Positions 36,701 to 45,639 are shown, counted from the stretch's first letter. The stretch is 50,005 bases of DNA from a virus (IMGVR_UViG_3300031825_000373:1-50005), one strand, 5' to 3'. Notes: generated from the sequence alone by a model not told the origin. Numbers and translations are program-made.

Positions 36701-37963
36701 AGGGGAGACGACGACGGTACGACCATGGGCTGGGCTCGGTGGATTTCCGCCAAGTTCCGCTCCGCGAACTACCTGCGGTACGGCTCAGGCTTCCTGGTGC
36801 CGTCCCTCACCGACCTCGCAGCGGTCCACCTCCGGCACGGTTCGCTGGCCAAGGTGATCTTCAAGCATGGCCGTGAGGCCGTCGAAGAGATGCGGTCACT
36901 CCACGCCGAGAACCCCTCCCAGTTCCAGGCGTTCATCGCATCGCTGGAGATGGGTATGGGCTCGGCCGCCATGGCTCGCCGCTTCGGCACCGAGGACCTG
37001 ATCCACGGCGCCAACAGCAACTATGGCATCGGCTACGGCGTCACCCGCAAGATCACCGGAACCATCGACAAGGGCGCGGAGCGCATGAGCGGACTGGTGT
37101 CGCAGCTCTCGGGCCTGCCCATCTGGAACCGCTTCTGGAAGACCGTCTCGGGTATCGCCATGGCGCACAAGCTGCGTGACATGACGGTGGGATACCACAG
37201 CCTGAAGCCGAGCGACATCGCCGATCTGGCGTCCCTGGGCATCGGTCGTTCCGAGGCTGAGCGGATGGCTTCGTTCATCAAGCAGTATGGTGTCACGGAG
37301 GAAGGCCGGTTCGATCCTCATCTTGAGGAGTGGAACAGGACCGCCGAAGGGTCCGCTGCTGCGCGTGACTTCCGCATCGCCATCATGCGCGACATGGACC
37401 GGGCCGTGGCGACACCTGGCATCGGGGACACCCCGAGGCTCATGTCGACGTGGTGGGGCAAGCTCTGGCTTCAGTTCCAGACCTTCGCCTTCGCCTCCCT
37501 GAACCGGACGATCTACCCCCTGACACAGCGCATGGTCTCCTTTCAGGAGAAGCAGGCGTTCATGTCTCTGGGCATCCTGATGGCCGCCTCGACGTTCGTC
37601 ATGATCGGATCGGACCTCCGAAATGGGCGTAACCCATCCGAGCGGTTCACCCAGGAGCAAGCCACCAAGACGCTGCACGACATCATCGACAGGTCTGGCT
37701 TCCTTGGATGGACAAGCCCGTATGCCGACAGCCTCCTGAAACTGACCTCGGGGATCACTGGTTACGGAGGCACCTCGCGGTTCGCACGGAACAACGCACT
37801 GTCCAGCATCCTCGGGATCAACGCGGCCCTGGTGTCGGACATCCAGTCCGCTGCAGGCTCTCTCGCCAGCGGTGGTGATCCGAACGTGGTCAACAAGCTG
37901 CTCGTACTCGCGCCGTTTAGCGCACAAACCCGATTGTTCTACAACCAATTGCTAAAGGAGTGA
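33701..37963 (+). CDS. Large internal virion (ejection) protein, gp16-like
   Basis: 1420 aa; LIDPTTYIP hydrophobic N-region, long coiled coil, C-terminal TPGIGDTP...QFQTFAFAS; precedes the tail fiber. Confidence 0.8.
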   Translation: MWTASPTPDEVQTENARGAMMIPRVSIVDKPFSPDDEGGFGSAFGAAFLRQNTLISALHEMTDGDTATAEEVLSGRASNFNPYTYLRENVDKDTLAKVQPFVSRGDFEAAMSPRQVQAIVADIQYDEELQKREGSSFLGSLAGSFVTSLIDPTTYIPGIGLAAKGSTLGKIGLSAANAVLSAGISEAALQATQRNRSAAETIMGIGTAGVLGAGVGVFAHALGRSSLLNPEHPNNPLRTENLTANGEIVRTPDGHFSDDLSSAELGSMRELAEGGSIGAARVDANEMLAGRVLRNEPTTPIGKALRTVDDFINSKTIVGRVVRASSDAARAIGLRIMDPGGILLDLHLNGKAVKPSAEMLKADYMTEAHQLVVGLEASTRAVNMKVAELPGYSGPKTTHEDVLKLTQRRLWGVEDTAVEDALSAKYGDQAFEIIAAQADTNVAKVHGLNDIWEARLVKEGVLQDAEKIGTLTTEVDKAKSEIETLKAQKEALDPEVGGGAEIDAQLADARARRDRFKKELVSETSKAKPLGRQYGHAQMWNRDVLIENPDEFRGFLLDALATKPDAEWLMERFDLDQGGLEKLATQDQAKYREVLTEWAGDQFYVELTQAEHAAKAAEEAFKTSKLDLKESLRAVGVMKREEKDLTVKQARAKRDQFWSQLQATRARRDELEGAKREFLHAAQANRQQAAFREANGPSPFGARRDQLVAQGDKVNDKLQAALDDVLTDPATPQGRAFDAGDVVQLTMKQGQKNDAIAQTEARARQDRDHVSIASARWQGKTEEISRQLDKVSKKLAAMEARAADLDARLAAFEKAQEFVRVKKEALNERFFYAKEQTKLDFKTLREAKKALRKAKGATPLEEVVDDIYRNLSNTGRLPSGIMDRIGTTGDRTTGRLKERILHLDQAQRTEALQKGWLKDDLANILHGQYDQLSAELALREGVGYGPGRQFTSWNDVMDTVMRDYDNLIQEAPDRKTKDKLHAQKRIILDDLEEARNRLKGRGDDDGTTMGWARWISAKFRSANYLRYGSGFLVPSLTDLAAVHLRHGSLAKVIFKHGREAVEEMRSLHAENPSQFQAFIASLEMGMGSAAMARRFGTEDLIHGANSNYGIGYGVTRKITGTIDKGAERMSGLVSQLSGLPIWNRFWKTVSGIAMAHKLRDMTVGYHSLKPSDIADLASLGIGRSEAERMASFIKQYGVTEEGRFDPHLEEWNRTAEGSAAARDFRIAIMRDMDRAVATPGIGDTPRLMSTWWGKLWLQFQTFAFASLNRTIYPLTQRMVSFQEKQAFMSLGILMAASTFVMIGSDLRNGRNPSERFTQEQATKTLHDIIDRSGFLGWTSPYADSLLKLTSGITGYGGTSRFARNNALSSILGINAALVSDIQSAAGSLASGGDPNVVNKLLVLAPFSAQTRLFYNQLLKE

Positions 37964-37997
37964 GGGAGGCTACGGTCTCCCTTCTCCTTGGGAGACT

Positions 37998-40016
37998 ATG
38001 GCTTACTCTCGCGTTTCTTACACTGCCAATGGTGTTCAGACCGACTACACCTTCGGCTTCACGTATCTGGACCGCTCCCACGTCAAGGTGACCGTAGGTG
38101 GCGTTCCGTTCACTTCATTCATCTTCCTCGACGACCACACCCTTCGCTTCAGCCCAGCCCCCGTTGGGGAGTTGGTTATCTACCGCGCGACGTCGCCGGA
38201 AGCTCGGATGGTCGACTATGAGGCTCCGTCCCAGCTCAACGAGAGCGACCTGAATGTCGACTCGGAACAGGCGTTCCTCCTCACCCAGGAAGCACTTGAT
38301 GCCGCATCCATCGCCGAGGAGAAGGCGGACTTAGTAACTGACCGCGTCAACAACATCGACGGTACTGTGGCAGAAGAGGCAACAGAAGCCGCGCGGGTTT
38401 ACGCGGAGCAGGCCGCTGGTGACAGGGCGGCGGTACACACAGATCGCCTCGCCGTGGAAGTGGCCGCCACTAGCGTCGAGTCTGCCAAGACGACCGCCCA
38501 AGAAGCCGCTTCCGCTGCCGCCGCTGCCGCACTCGCTGCTACTGCGGTATCCAAGGACAAATGGCTGGGTGGTCTCGATCAGGTGACACCTGCGTTCCTG
38601 AACCAGCTCTCCATTGTGTCTCCGGCCGACACCGGGACCCACACCGGACGTACCGCCACCTCTCCTGACGCCGATGTTTCCGGTGTTCCGAACAGCGGTA
38701 TATACAGTGCATACGCCCTCACTGTTGGCGCATGGCGACGCGATGGTGATGTGAACCCTCTCGGGGCCGCGTCCCCCTCCCAGGTGGTGGCCGGTCTGGC
38801 CACGAACCTGACCGTCACCCCGGAAGGTGACAAGGCAGCTCTGGATGCCCGCATCAAGGGCGTCGTGATCTCCGAGACCGGGGCGGACAACCCCTATCTT
38901 GCGCCGTTCACCGTGATCGGCCCCGATGGTCTGCCTTGGCTGCTCGCTGCGTTCCAGCGGGATGGCCGACTGATGGCGAAGCTCTCGACCCTCAGCGAAG
39001 TGCCAGTGGAGGCTCTCGGAGCCGCAGCCACTCGCCTTCTCCCTGACGGGGTGGAGATGTACGTCACCGGGGTGGACAACCCCTACGTGATCGTCTGGGA
39101 CGCCTCTGGGGACATTCTGGGAGGCTTCCTGCGGGATGGCTCTCTGAAGGCAAAGCTCTCCTCTCAGTGCCTCTGGCCCGACACCCTCGCAACCGATGCC
39201 CACATCTTCTCCGGCCCCGGTGTGATCTTCCATGGCGATAGCCTGGGGCAGGGACTGGGCACGGCGGACTTCCAGGCGGCCTTCCCCGGTGTGGAGTTCA
39301 TCAACGACTGTCGCGGCTCACAGACCAGCACCGAGATTGCTGCACGACAGGGCGGGAAGGACCTCATCGTCTCAGTCACCGGAGACGTCATTCCGGCCAG
39401 TGGCGGCGTTGCCCTGACAGCCATCTCCGACGACGTGATCCGGAACGCGGGCGCCTACAGCCCGTCCGCAGGCAGCTTCCAGGTGCTCCTGGCCGGTGTT
39501 GCTGGGAGCCTCTCGGCCACGGCGGCTAACGCCTACACCTTCACCCGTAATGCGCCCGGAAGTGCCACGTCGTGCCCACCCAACTCGGTCATGACGTTGG
39601 TTAGCGCGGCACAGTACGCCTACCACACCATGTACCTGTGGGTCGGCCACAACAACATCGGTGCCTCCCAGGTTGTCGTCGACGACATCATCAGCATGAT
39701 CCGCTACCACAAGGCACGGGGCATGAAGCGTTACCGCGTGATGACGCTGGTCAATGACAACTATAACAACGCCGGTGCCAACGCGCTGATCCGAAAGACC
39801 TTCGGTCACCACGTTCTCGACATGCGCCAGATCATCCTTGATCGAGGTCTCGCCGACTGTGGCATCACGCCCACCAGCGAAGACACTGCGGCGCTGGCTA
39901 TTGGGAACATCCCTCCGTCTCTCAAGGCGGACTCCATTCATCTGACCGGAACTGCGCATCAATTCTGTGTGCGTCCGGCCATCATCCGTGACATGCAACT
40001 TATGATGGGGCTCTAG
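37998..40016 (+). CDS. Tail fiber/spike with T7 gp17-like anchor and C-terminal SGNH esterase-like domain
   Basis: YTANGVQTDYTFGFTYL...V...IYRAT...LNESDLN anchor; SGNH blocks FHGDSL, GHNN, DSIH. Confidence 0.85.
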   Translation: MAYSRVSYTANGVQTDYTFGFTYLDRSHVKVTVGGVPFTSFIFLDDHTLRFSPAPVGELVIYRATSPEARMVDYEAPSQLNESDLNVDSEQAFLLTQEALDAASIAEEKADLVTDRVNNIDGTVAEEATEAARVYAEQAAGDRAAVHTDRLAVEVAATSVESAKTTAQEAASAAAAAALAATAVSKDKWLGGLDQVTPAFLNQLSIVSPADTGTHTGRTATSPDADVSGVPNSGIYSAYALTVGAWRRDGDVNPLGAASPSQVVAGLATNLTVTPEGDKAALDARIKGVVISETGADNPYLAPFTVIGPDGLPWLLAAFQRDGRLMAKLSTLSEVPVEALGAAATRLLPDGVEMYVTGVDNPYVIVWDASGDILGGFLRDGSLKAKLSSQCLWPDTLATDAHIFSGPGVIFHGDSLGQGLGTADFQAAFPGVEFINDCRGSQTSTEIAARQGGKDLIVSVTGDVIPASGGVALTAISDDVIRNAGAYSPSAGSFQVLLAGVAGSLSATAANAYTFTRNAPGSATSCPPNSVMTLVSAAQYAYHTMYLWVGHNNIGASQVVVDDIISMIRYHKARGMKRYRVMTLVNDNYNNAGANALIRKTFGHHVLDMRQIILDRGLADCGITPTSEDTAALAIGNIPPSLKADSIHLTGTAHQFCVRPAIIRDMQLMMGL

Positions 40017-40927
40017 TGGGCGCTCGTTTCCACGTTTCTGATCTTCTTTCCGCTCCGCCGTTCGGCCGCTACGAGGAAATCCCCGGCGTATCGCCGGGAA
40101 CCCTCGCACTCTTCGATCCAACCCTGAATGCCGGAGCCTTCGTTGGCGTCCCGGCGACGGGTGGGGTGATCCCGAACGCTGCAAGGGTCCAGGCAGCGTC
40201 GATCCTGGGGGTGAGCGATCCGTCCACCCTCAACTTCACCCACACCTGGGCTCGTGAAGCCTCCAACGTCCTCTTCCTGGAGCGATCTGGCAAGGGTGGC
40301 CTCCACAGCATCATGTCCCAGACGCTCCAGACGAGCGCGGCGGGCAACTATGCTCGGATTGCGGTGCCGAATGCGATCCGCGACTACATCTTCAATCTGG
40401 TCAGCTCCGCCGGGGATACCGGTTGCCTGTACGCATTCCTGGCGACAAGGCCCACGCGGTCTCAGATTGGATCGCCTCCGGTTGCACAGTTCTTCATCGG
40501 CAACGTCTCCAGCGTGAACAACTCCCTGGTCCGCAATTCGTATGGAACCTACCTTGGAGCAGGGCAGAGAGGGTCCAACCAGACGCTCCTCGACGGCAAC
40601 GTCTATGTGTCGGCGGGCGGTTACAGTGCGTGGGCTGGCACGCGTCCCGCTTCGGCGGCGAGCATGTCCATCCAGCTCGGGTACGGTGGCATCGACGCCT
40701 TCAACAGCGGCACCATCGGCCTGAATAAGCTGCCATCCTGCTTGTACTATTACTTCAAGCTCGAAGACCTTTCGAAGACCAAGCGCACTCACGGCGGGGT
40801 CGGAGGCACCTTCGAGGAGGAATATGCGGCGGCCTACGCGGCCGACCTCGCACGTCTTCAGACTTACTTCGCCCCCGGAGGTGCTTTTGCCGGGGACACC
40901 TACACCAATCCGTCCGCCTACCCGTAA
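40016..40927 (+). CDS. Putative second tail/receptor-binding accessory protein
   Basis: Gly/Ser/Asn-rich 303-aa ORF coupled to the fiber stop. Confidence 0.55.
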   Translation: MGARFHVSDLLSAPPFGRYEEIPGVSPGTLALFDPTLNAGAFVGVPATGGVIPNAARVQAASILGVSDPSTLNFTHTWAREASNVLFLERSGKGGLHSIMSQTLQTSAAGNYARIAVPNAIRDYIFNLVSSAGDTGCLYAFLATRPTRSQIGSPPVAQFFIGNVSSVNNSLVRNSYGTYLGAGQRGSNQTLLDGNVYVSAGGYSAWAGTRPASAASMSIQLGYGGIDAFNSGTIGLNKLPSCLYYYFKLEDLSKTKRTHGGVGGTFEEEYAAAYAADLARLQTYFAPGGAFAGDTYTNPSAYP

Positions 40928-40943
40928 GAACTGAGCTAGTCCT

Positions 40944-41165
40944 ATGAACCCTGAGGTGAACGGTCTCATCGCTGACGGAGTGCAGGCCCTGGTCGACACT
41001 CCCTCCACCACCACGATAGCCCTGGGGTCGATCACCTCTCCCCTTTGGCTTCCCCGTATTGCTGACGTCTCGGCCTTCGCGGCCACCCTCATGCCCATCC
41101 TGGGTGTGACGTGGCTGGTCATTCAGATCGTCAGTAAGATCCATGAGATGCGGAAGGGTAAGTGA
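40944..41165 (+). CDS. Putative holin
   Basis: 73 aa, hydrophobic helices, basic C-terminus; T7 17.5 position. Confidence 0.7.
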   Translation: MNPEVNGLIADGVQALVDTPSTTTIALGSITSPLWLPRIADVSAFAATLMPILGVTWLVIQIVSKIHEMRKGK

Positions 41166-41470
41166 AAGCCCAAGCTCTCTCTGTGCTCAGGTTCCTGAAC
41201 CTCCTCGAACCTGGGCGCAACATGCTGTCCATCACGAAGACGTCCATGTGGGTCTCCCTCGTGGCCATCGTGGTGTGTCTCTTCAACGGAGTGGCGGACC
41301 CTATCGGTCCCCTCTCCACCTTCTTTGCGTCCTCCTCCCTCTACGCATGGCGCCGCTTCGTCTTCTGGAAGACAGGCCAGCGAGGCACTGGTGGAGGCTT
41401 TGCCCACGGCTGGGGTCCACGACCCGAGCTGGATACGGAGAACGATGATCCTGGAAACCGTGCTGGCTAG
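41162..41470 (+). CDS. Small two-TM membrane protein (second holin or antiholin candidate)
   Basis: LSITKTSMWVSLVAIVVCLF and a second helix; GTGA overlap within the lysis cassette. Confidence 0.55.
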   Translation: MKAQALSVLRFLNLLEPGRNMLSITKTSMWVSLVAIVVCLFNGVADPIGPLSTFFASSSLYAWRRFVFWKTGQRGTGGGFAHGWGPRPELDTENDDPGNRAG

Positions 41471-41804
41471 CACCGTCATCGGGAAGCTGAAGTCCTACCT
41501 GCTTCCCATCGCTGTCGGAGCCGGACTGGTCCTGTCGGTGTGGTTCGCCTGGAACCACTACGAGAACCTGAAGGAGGAGCGCAACGCCCTCCGCACCCAG
41601 GTCGAACAGGTCACAGCCGAGAACGTCCAGCTGAAGATCACCCAAAGCGTCCTTGAGGACCGCGCCACCGAGATGGTCGAGCGCACCAAGGAGCTGAACG
41701 ACATCAAGCGTGAGATTTATGAAATCCCTTCGTCTAGCGTGCCTGCTGACATTGGCCGTGCTCTTGAGCGCCTGCGCCAGCGTGAGTCGGCCCGAAATCC
41801 CTAA
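41445..41804 (+). CDS. Rz-like inner-membrane spanin
   Basis: SD GGAG; N-terminal TM segment then coiled coil; overlapped by a lipoprotein gene. Confidence 0.75.
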   Translation: MILETVLASTVIGKLKSYLLPIAVGAGLVLSVWFAWNHYENLKEERNALRTQVEQVTAENVQLKITQSVLEDRATEMVERTKELNDIKREIYEIPSSSVPADIGRALERLRQRESARNP

Positions 41805-41955
41805 GAGCCTCTTGACCTGCGCTCCGTCCCCCGCCGTCCCCGGCGAGAACGCATCCAGCCGCAAGGTGGCCACCTACATCGTCGACCTCTACGACGCCCA
41901 CAAGGACTGCGAGGGCAACCTTGCAGCCGTTCGCCGGATCACCGGCAATGAGTAA
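41719..41955 (+). CDS. Rz1-like outer-membrane spanin lipoprotein
   Basis: Lipobox LLSAC, then Pro-containing PEIPKSLLTCAPSP and a further Cys; overlaps Rz in another frame. Confidence 0.8.
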   Translation: MKSLRLACLLTLAVLLSACASVSRPEIPKSLLTCAPSPAVPGENASSRKVATYIVDLYDAHKDCEGNLAAVRRITGNE

Positions 41956-42250
41956 GGTCCAGGCCCTCAAGGAAGCCCTCCTTGACGAGCTGATCTCCCA
42001 GGTCTCCGAAGGCCCCGTGGTGATCGACAAGGAGACCGGCGATCCTGTCCGTGTCTCTCCCCCGGCTTCCCTTCTGTCGGTCGCTGCGAAGGTCGTGAAG
42101 GACTTCGCTGACGAAATCCCGAAGCAGGAGGATGAGGACAAGAAGCGGGAGACCCTGATGCGCTTCATGGAGGCCCGCAAGGTCAACCGATCAGCGCCCG
42201 TACCGATGATCGAGACCAAGGTGTCGGAGGCCGAAACGGTCCCCTTCTGA
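41948..42250 (+). CDS. Terminase small subunit, gp18-like
   Basis: LLDELI...PASLLSVAAKVVKD; immediately upstream of the large subunit. Confidence 0.7.
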   Translation: MSKVQALKEALLDELISQVSEGPVVIDKETGDPVRVSPPASLLSVAAKVVKDFADEIPKQEDEDKKRETLMRFMEARKVNRSAPVPMIETKVSEAETVPF

Positions 42251-42251
42251 C

Positions 42252-44144
42252 GTGCTTCACCCGCTCCTTGTAACCGTCGAGCACGACGGCGAGCTGGTTC
42301 AGGTCCCCCACTGGTTCACCAAGCCGGAGGCAGACTGGGAAGCCTATGAGTCCTTCCCGGTCTTCCTGACCCGCGTCTGGGACCACCTTGGCCTTCCGAA
42401 GCCCACCAGGGCACAGCTCGAAATCGCTCACCGCCTCCAATATGGCTACGACAGCTATGAGGCGAAGACCCTCCCGCAGGAGGCGCTGGAACATCTCCTC
42501 AACGCTCCGCGAGAGGACATCATCCGGGCCTTCCGTGGCCTGGGCAAATCCTATGTCACCGCTGCGTTCGTCATCTGGCGGGCCATGCGCAATCCCCGCG
42601 ACGAGAAAATCCTTGTCGTGTCGGCCACCAGCTCGAAGGCCAAGGAGTTCGTCTCCCAGGTCAAGGGCATCATCACGTCCATGCGGATGTGCCAGTGGCT
42701 GCTGGAGGGCTCCCGCGAGCTGAACGCTCCCCGCCGCGACACGGCCGAGGAGTTCGACGTCGCCGGGTCCAGTCTGTCTCAGTCCTACTCCATCGCCGCC
42801 CGAGGCATCACCGGCCAGATCACCGGGTCTCGCGCCACGCTGCTGGTGGCGGACGACATGGAGATCGAGAAGAACAGCAAGACCGAGGAGGCCCGTGCCC
42901 GCATCCTCAACACCGTCCGGTCGGACTTCGAGCCGATCACCAAGACGGAGTGGGGCAAGGGCGACCAGATTTTCCTGGGCACCCCTCAGACCGAGGAGTC
43001 CGTCTACAACGTCCTCGTGATCGAGATGGGCTTCCGGTGCATGTGCATTCCGGTGCGCTATCCGAGCCAGGAGAAGCGGAAGAACTACGTCATGATGACC
43101 GCTGGGCGTGTCCCTGTGGACATCCTGGCGCCGTACCTCCAGGCGATGTTCGACGAGGGGCTACTGGCCTATGGCCTGCCCACCGACAGCCGCTTCAGTC
43201 ACGACGAACTGCTCAAGACCGAGAGCAAGGGCCTGTCGGCCTTCGCCCTCCAGTACATGCTCGACACGTCCCTCTCGGACGCCGAGCGCTATCCCCTCAA
43301 GCTCCACGACCTGATCGTCTTCTCGACCAACCCCGAGAAGGCCCCGAGGACGGTCCAGTGGGGCCTGGACAGTGACCGCAAGAACCTCATCAAGGACATG
43401 CCCAACATGGGCTTCTCTGGTGACTACACGCTGCGTCCGCTGTTCACGGACAACGACTGGAGGGACTATGACCAGCTGATGATCTACGTCGATCCGGCCG
43501 GTCGAGGTAAGGACGAAACCGCCTGGGCTGTCCTGGGCCAGCTCAACGGCCTGATCTACCTGATCGACCTCAAGGGCGAGGTGGGTGATCCCCATACGGC
43601 CATGCAGCGCATCGCCCTGGATGTGAAGAAGTACCGGGTCCGTGAGGTGGTCGTGGAACCCAACTTCGGGCAGGGCATGTGGGCAGTCGCCTTCAGTCCC
43701 ATCCTGGAGCGGGTCTATGCTGGCAAGTGCTCTGTCCTGGAGTCCGAATGGGCCAAGGGTCAGAAGGAAGTCCGGATCATCGATACCCTGGAGCCTGTGC
43801 TGACCGCCCATCGTCTGGTGGTCAATGAGGCTGTCCTGAGGGAGGACCTGAAGCAGGACGACCGCACCTACAGCTTCATGTACCAGCTCACTCACATCAC
43901 CCGTGAGCGAGGCTCCCTGAGCCATGATGACCGTCTGGATGCTGTCGCCGGTGGCGTCGCCTACTACATGGCGTCCATCGGTGCGGACACCCGGAAGGCC
44001 GTCGAGGCCCAGAAGGAGTCGGAGCGTGAAGAGCTGATCGAAGCGTTCCAGGCTGCGCTGGACGGGGAGGGGAGCCTTTGGGACGGTCGCAGGATGGTCC
44101 TTGACGGCATCCCCTCGGATGTCTGGACGGACGCCAACTGGTGA
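42252..44144 (+). CDS. Terminase large subunit, T7 gp19-like
   Basis: AFRGLGKS, GITGQITGSRA, ADDME, LGTPQT, VDPAGRGKDETA, QKEVRIIDTLEP, HDDRLDA. Confidence 0.95.
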   Translation: MLHPLLVTVEHDGELVQVPHWFTKPEADWEAYESFPVFLTRVWDHLGLPKPTRAQLEIAHRLQYGYDSYEAKTLPQEALEHLLNAPREDIIRAFRGLGKSYVTAAFVIWRAMRNPRDEKILVVSATSSKAKEFVSQVKGIITSMRMCQWLLEGSRELNAPRRDTAEEFDVAGSSLSQSYSIAARGITGQITGSRATLLVADDMEIEKNSKTEEARARILNTVRSDFEPITKTEWGKGDQIFLGTPQTEESVYNVLVIEMGFRCMCIPVRYPSQEKRKNYVMMTAGRVPVDILAPYLQAMFDEGLLAYGLPTDSRFSHDELLKTESKGLSAFALQYMLDTSLSDAERYPLKLHDLIVFSTNPEKAPRTVQWGLDSDRKNLIKDMPNMGFSGDYTLRPLFTDNDWRDYDQLMIYVDPAGRGKDETAWAVLGQLNGLIYLIDLKGEVGDPHTAMQRIALDVKKYRVREVVVEPNFGQGMWAVAFSPILERVYAGKCSVLESEWAKGQKEVRIIDTLEPVLTAHRLVVNEAVLREDLKQDDRTYSFMYQLTHITRERGSLSHDDRLDAVAGGVAYYMASIGADTRKAVEAQKESEREELIEAFQAALDGEGSLWDGRRMVLDGIPSDVWTDANW

Positions 44145-44148
44145 CGTT

Positions 44149-44523
44149 TCACTTCGGCTGGAAGATGTCGTCGCAGAGCGAACCCCAGCCGAAGCCTCCG
44201 GTGGTCCTGTAGACCCCGATGTCGATCACCTTGTTCCCCTTGGAGACCACCTTGATCTGGCACTCCAGGGGGAAGTCCACCCCACCGCTCATAGGGACGT
44301 TTGTGGGGTTCACCATGGGGATCGTGACGTTGTCCCGACCAGAGGACCAGATGGCCACCACTCGGCCGTCCTGAGCCTTGTACGTGGACGCAGGAGGCCC
44401 GTTGTCGACGAAGAAGTCATCAGCCGAGCGGCCCAGGTATCGCTTCGCCAAGTAGCTGTTGGCGTCGGCCATGGCGGTGGACGTGGCGATGACCAGGAGG
44501 GTGGAGGCTAGAAGGAGCCGCAT
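44149..44523 (-). CDS. Secreted/periplasmic protein with signal peptide, opposite strand (moron candidate)
   Basis: MRLLLASTLLVIATSTAMA signal peptide (AxA site), two Cys; only convincing minus-strand gene in the prophage. Confidence 0.7.
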   Translation of the reverse strand: MRLLLASTLLVIATSTAMADANSYLAKRYLGRSADDFFVDNGPPASTYKAQDGRVVAIWSSGRDNVTIPMVNPTNVPMSGGVDFPLECQIKVVSKGNKVIDIGVYRTTGGFGWGSLCDDIFQPK

Positions 44524-45078
44524 GGGAGTCGTTCCAGGCAGGTAGGGTTTACGCGGCGTTAACATGGTGTGGGCTGGGGGGCCAAGTTGAAAATGGTGCT
44601 CCGATTTACGGACACATATTCCCCCCGCGCGAACCAGCGGCGCCCCCCGTGGCCCGGCCTCGACCGGCTGGCGGGCGCCGCGCGCGCCCACATGGCGCGG
44701 CTGCGCGGGGTAATGGCACGCCCGAGCTATTCCGTGGGCGCGAGGGCTAGGTGGGCAGGCGCGGGAAAGGCTCCCGGACATGGGCAGGCTGGCACACATC
44801 CGACACACTGGCAGGGTTGACCGCACGCAAACCGTTGCAGGCTCAACGCTTGGCGAGGTGTGAGCACCGGTCTAGTGGTGCGGCACATGGTGGTGTGTCG
44901 AGGGGCTGCTTAGGGCATAACCCGTTGGGATCGTTGTGTGATCCGTGCGCGGTGCATGGTGTGGCGCGGGGCTGGTCCGCTTGATTTCAATCGGTGTGCA
45001 CAGATGCGCGCCCCTGTTTTTTCGCTCGACATATCAAGCACATGCGGCGTTATCCACAGGTTCACCCAACGATCCCGC

Positions 45079-45106
45079 TTGCTAAATCAAATCACACTGT
45101 CAGACT
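45079..45106 (+). promoter_or_regulatory. Candidate host sigma70 early promoter overlapped by motif A half-sites
   Basis: TTGCTA-16 nt-CAGACT with TG at the extended -10 position; CAAATCACACTG in the spacer and CAAATCACAC at 45118-45127. Confidence 0.45.
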
Positions 45107-45142
45107 AGTCACACAAGCAAATCACACACCGGAACCGCGCCG

Positions 45143-45298
45143 ATGCTCTCCGACCTTCTCCCGACGCTCCTTGTGTTCGTGCCCTTCGCAATCTGCGGGT
45201 TTCTCCAATACCTGAACCACCGCAAACACGTCCGGCTGATGAATGACCGGATTGCATGGCGCGCCGAGAAGCAAGCGCGACGTGACCGGCTCGCCTGA
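45143..45298 (+). CDS. Early small membrane protein (51 aa; not in ORF track)
   Basis: MLSDLLPTLLVFVPFAICGFLQYLNHRKH...; first ORF after the candidate early promoter. Confidence 0.5.
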   Translation: MLSDLLPTLLVFVPFAICGFLQYLNHRKHVRLMNDRIAWRAEKQARRDRLA

Positions 45299-45319
45299 CA
45301 ACTCCACCAAATCACACTG
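45299..45319 (+). promoter_or_regulatory. Motif A consensus copy
   Basis: CAACTCCACCAAATCACACTG directly between a stop codon and SD AGGAG. Confidence 0.75.
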
Positions 45320-45332
45320 AGGAGCGCGCACC

Positions 45333-45545
45333 ATGTCCGACGAACTGCTTACCCTTGAGAACGCGGAACGCTACGTCGCCACGACCTTTGAGGGCATTCC
45401 GACCATGAGCCACATCGCGACCGTAGACGGTACCGTCATCATCGTTGTCCGGTTCATCAGGGACGGCGCCACCTTTGAGGCAGAAGTCTGGATCGATGAG
45501 GGACAGCTTTACGGGGAATACGGCGGACTGCCTTCCAGCCTCTGA
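45333..45545 (+). CDS. Early hypothetical protein
   Basis: SD GAGGAG; acidic 70 aa. Confidence 0.65.
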   Translation: MSDELLTLENAERYVATTFEGIPTMSHIATVDGTVIIVVRFIRDGATFEAEVWIDEGQLYGEYGGLPSSL

Positions 45546-45549
45546 GGGT

Positions 45550-45598
45550 GACGCCAGCTAGGGGAGCCTTACGGGGCTCCCACGGCGGGCACCATGCC
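45550..45598 (+). repeat. 49-bp direct repeat copy 1 (interrupted hairpin)
   Basis: GACGCCAGCTAGGGGAGCCTTACGGGGCTCCCACGGCGGGCACCATGCC; 47/49 identical to 46549-46597. Confidence 0.9.
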
Positions 45599-45601
45599 TG
45601 A

Positions 45602-45622
45602 CAACTCCACCAAATCACACTG
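45602..45622 (+). promoter_or_regulatory. Motif A consensus copy
   Basis: CAACTCCACCAAATCACACTG before SD GAAGGA. Confidence 0.75.
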
Positions 45623-45639
45623 ACGAAGGAACTGTAGCC

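Noticed and set aside
3227-43925. Many long minus-strand ORFs (e.g. 3227-5098, 11141-12697, 12763-14616, 34118-36643)
   Set aside because: They mirror well-supported + strand genes and have no recognisable motifs; this is the expected shadow of high-GC codon bias.
44524-44826. N-terminal extension of the minus-strand 225-aa ORF, and + strand ORFs at 44569-45215
   Set aside because: The signal peptide begins at the ATG at 44523; the rest looks like non-coding terminal-region sequence.
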